26,090 nt of DNA from Pseudomonadota bacterium (GTDB taxonomy: Bacteria; Bdellovibrionota; Bdellovibrionia; Bdellovibrionales; SG-bin7): contig JAWXAY010000020.1 in the NCBI GenBank assembly GCA_034439715.1, forward strand, positions 1 to 26,090, read 5' to 3'. Of the stretch, positions 23,792-26,090 are shown in pieces. Under the pieces are notes generated by a model. That model was not told the origin of the DNA. It ran no database searches and worked only from the letters and a program-made list of their open reading frames with translations. The translations under genes and the position numbers were made by a program. The number at the start of each line of letters is the position of its first letter. The stretch's first letter is position 1.

Positions 23792-24301
23792 TTACAGAGC
23801 TTGAATAGTAAAAGTTAGTGTGTCTGAATAAGTTCCAAATACTGCACTAGCTTGAGCTGGGAATGTAACATTTACATCGCTCGTGTCAGTAGTAAAACCG
23901 GGAAGTGCGCCACTGGCTTTAACTTGAGTGGGCGTAGTTAACGGTGAAATAGCCGCGCCACCATCATACGAAACTTGGTATCCAAATAGGTTACCAGGAA
24001 GCGTACTGTGAACTAATTTACCGTTGTTAGCTGAAGATACTGATACTAAATAGCCAGCAGGGCTATTTGATTGTTCAGTAACAGTAGCAACTTTAGTGTT
24101 GGCTTCTCCGCCAACTATATTTAATTGAGCCGCAGCTAATTCAGGGACTACTTCGATATTACAAATCGCAGCAACTTGTCCTGAAATAACAAGGTTAGCA
24201 GTATCAGTACACGAAAATTGCACTCCACCGGGGGGGCAAACCGTGGCTGAAGCCACACTTGACATAACTGCAATCGCAGCTACTAACATTATTTTTTTCA
24301 T
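23792..24301 (-). CDS. Major fimbrial subunit (chaperone-usher/SCPU-like pilin)
   Basis: ATG at 24301 follows GAGGAG. Signal peptide ending VASA; ISGQVAAICNI; C-terminal GTYSDTLTFTI strand; adjacent to the chaperone gene. Confidence 0.8.
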   Translation of the reverse strand: MKKIMLVAAIAVMSSVASATVCPPGGVQFSCTDTANLVISGQVAAICNIEVVPELAAAQLNIVGGEANTKVATVTEQSNSPAGYLVSVSSANNGKLVHSTLPGNLFGYQVSYDGGAAISPLTTPTQVKASGALPGFTTDTSDVNVTFPAQASAVFGTYSDTLTFTIQAL

Positions 24302-24603
24302 TTTCTCTCCTCTGTTATTGAGCAGACGAAATTGTCTACGCATGAAATGAAAACTTGCCGCAACTTAACCAAACAAATAATTTTAGTCAAATTTTTTATC
24401 TGCGGGTGAATTTAATACAGCCAAAATGTTTTTTTTATTTTTGCAATTTCTCGAGTGAAAAAAGATAATTTGCGAACGCGTTGAACTCGCGCCGTCATTT
24501 TCAAAATGAAACACTTTTTAAAATTAATTTTTTGTAAAAAAAATAGACGATAAAATTATTTTAGACAAAAATAAAAAGTTTTAACGAACCTGCGCTGTGT
24601 GAG

Positions 24604-24620
24604 TCGGCATACGCGTTGCA
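24604..24620 (+). promoter_or_regulatory. sigma54 (-24/-12) promoter for the S8 protease
   Basis: TCGGCATACGCGTTGCA has GG-N10-GC spacing with GGCA...TTGCA, 54 nt upstream of the ATG. Confidence 0.65.
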
Positions 24621-24673
24621 AACTAATATTCTAGAACTAACATCACGCTGCTAACACAATTGAGGAGACCACG

Positions 24674-26090
24674 ATGACACAGCTGAGATTTTTTCTCGTA
24701 TGTTTAATTTTTTGTTTAATCTCTTGTCAAAAATTTGAAACTGACAATTCGGAAACTTTAAGTAACTGGCATGCATCTCCATTTGAGAATCAAAAAGTTC
24801 AATTGGATTTACCAACTCTACTGCTCCATAATGAAAGTTTTCAAAAAGCTAACGCTAACCTCCTAAATAAGGGACATGAACAACTCTATGATCCCGGTGT
24901 AAGTAAGGTACTCCTTCCAAAAGGCATGCCAATTATTTATGTGATCGATAATAAATGTTTATTGAAAGCGGCTAACGTAAAAATAAATTCTCAAGTCAAT
25001 CATATGACGCTTGACGAAGAGGCCTACACTATATCGCTCGAGAGAACGATGACAATTGCAGAACTATCAGCGGAAGTTGAAAGTAATTTATGTATCAAAG
25101 GTGTGTCCAACGACCTTCCCGTTGAAATTTTTTCAATTCCCAGTGACCCAAATTTCCCCTCTCAGAAACATTTAGCTGCTATTCAGGCAGCGAGTGCCTT
25201 TGACGTTTTTTATAATAGTACAAGCGGAATAAAAACAAATGTAGTGATGGCGGTCATTGATACTGGAATCGACTACAACCACCAAGATCTTAAAGATAGA
25301 ATGTGGAGAGATTCCTCTGGAAGATTCGGCTATGACTTTCATAATAATGACAGTGATCCTATGGACGATCACTTTCATGGCACTCATGTCGCTGGAATTA
25401 TGGGCGCTACTTTTAACAATGGAATTGGGATTTCGGGCGTGATGGGTGCCGGCGCCAAACTGATGGCGGTGAAAGTAATGTCAGCGCAAGGTCAAGGTTA
25501 CTCGGGTGCTGTTATTAATGGAATCAACTACGCAGTTCAAAATCGTGCGAAAGTTATAAATATTAGTCTCGGAGGTTTTGGTAAGTCCGCTGCCTGGGAA
25601 AATGCCCTTGCTAACGCCGTCAACTCGGGTGCTGTAGTTGTCGTGGCCGCGGGGAATAGTAACCAACTATTGACAGATAGCAATTGGCAGACCCCTCCTT
25701 CATATGGAAGACAATTTAATGGGATGATCACCGTGGGGTCACATGACTCGATCTCAAAAGCCAAAAGCAGCTTTTCGAATTACGGAACTCAGTTTGTTGA
25801 AATCGGTACTCCTGGATCCAACGGAATTTTTTCGACGCTTCTTCGCAATACTTATGGAAATCTAGACGGGACCTCGATGGCTTCGCCCGTTCTTGCGGGT
25901 GCCGTCGGTCTTGCTATTGGATTAATTGAAAGTCGTGGATATACGGCACCGGGCCCAGCAAGTCTTGAAGGTCTGATTTGGGATTCTGCACCTGTGCAAA
26001 GCATTCTTTCAAATTACTTTAAAGGTGGGAAGCGCTTAGATCTTATGACTCTAGCTACAGCTATTGACAATCAGTACCCCAGTTCTCAAC
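24674..26090 (+). CDS. Subtilisin-family (S8) serine protease lipoprotein, partial (runs off the window)
   Basis: Manual translation: ATG follows GAGGAG; lipobox LISC; in-frame catalytic triad VIDTG (Asp 25259), HGTHVAG (His 25376), GTSMASP (Ser 25874); oxyanion-hole AAGN; no stop before the window end. Confidence 0.93.
   Translation, partial: MTQLRFFLVCLIFCLISCQKFETDNSETLSNWHASPFENQKVQLDLPTLLLHNESFQKANANLLNKGHEQLYDPGVSKVLLPKGMPIIYVIDNKCLLKAANVKINSQVNHMTLDEEAYTISLERTMTIAELSAEVESNLCIKGVSNDLPVEIFSIPSDPNFPSQKHLAAIQAASAFDVFYNSTSGIKTNVVMAVIDTGIDYNHQDLKDRMWRDSSGRFGYDFHNNDSDPMDDHFHGTHVAGIMGATFNNGIGISGVMGAGAKLMAVKVMSAQGQGYSGAVINGINYAVQNRAKVINISLGGFGKSAAWENALANAVNSGAVVVVAAGNSNQLLTDSNWQTPPSYGRQFNGMITVGSHDSISKAKSSFSNYGTQFVEIGTPGSNGIFSTLLRNTYGNLDGTSMASPVLAGAVGLAIGLIESRGYTAPGPASLEGLIWDSAPVQSILSNYFKGGKRLDLMTLATAIDNQYPSSQ

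Noticed and set aside
25172..25764. Four short ORFs listed at the window end
   Set aside because: All are shadow or out-of-frame ORFs within the S8 protease gene.

Overview
AT-rich, gene-dense bacterial chromosomal segment. The gene families present (TIGR02147/DUF4423, DUF4360, matrixin and subtilisin lipoproteins, exported PepN, coiled-coil/Hsp20 fusion, noncanonical HD-GYP) suggest a Bdellovibrionota-like organism; this is an inference. About 26 CDS: two group-1 truncated haemoglobins (one exported), RNase HI, PepN, a 2OG-Fe(II) oxygenase, DUF4360, an HD-GYP/ankyrin fusion, a B12-binding radical SAM enzyme plus GNAT, an RlmI-type methyltransferase, YajQ, MFS-typA-TauE, a pilin plus chaperone with no usher, and an S8 protease running off the right end (absent from the ORF track). 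I saw no rRNA, tRNA, CRISPR array or mobile element. Highlights: (1) the HD-GYP protein with two blocks of about five ankyrin repeats, a sigma28-like promoter and a KKAA tail; (2) two divergent genes that both lack 5' ends and meet head-to-head at about 13780-13800; (3) an exported globin with a candidate disulfide; (4) a globin translationally coupled to an rRNA methyltransferase; (5) an usher-less pilin/chaperone pair; (6) an ~410-aa coiled coil capped by an alpha-crystallin domain; (7) sigma54 promoters ahead of two secreted proteins. All family calls come from motif recognition, not database searches.
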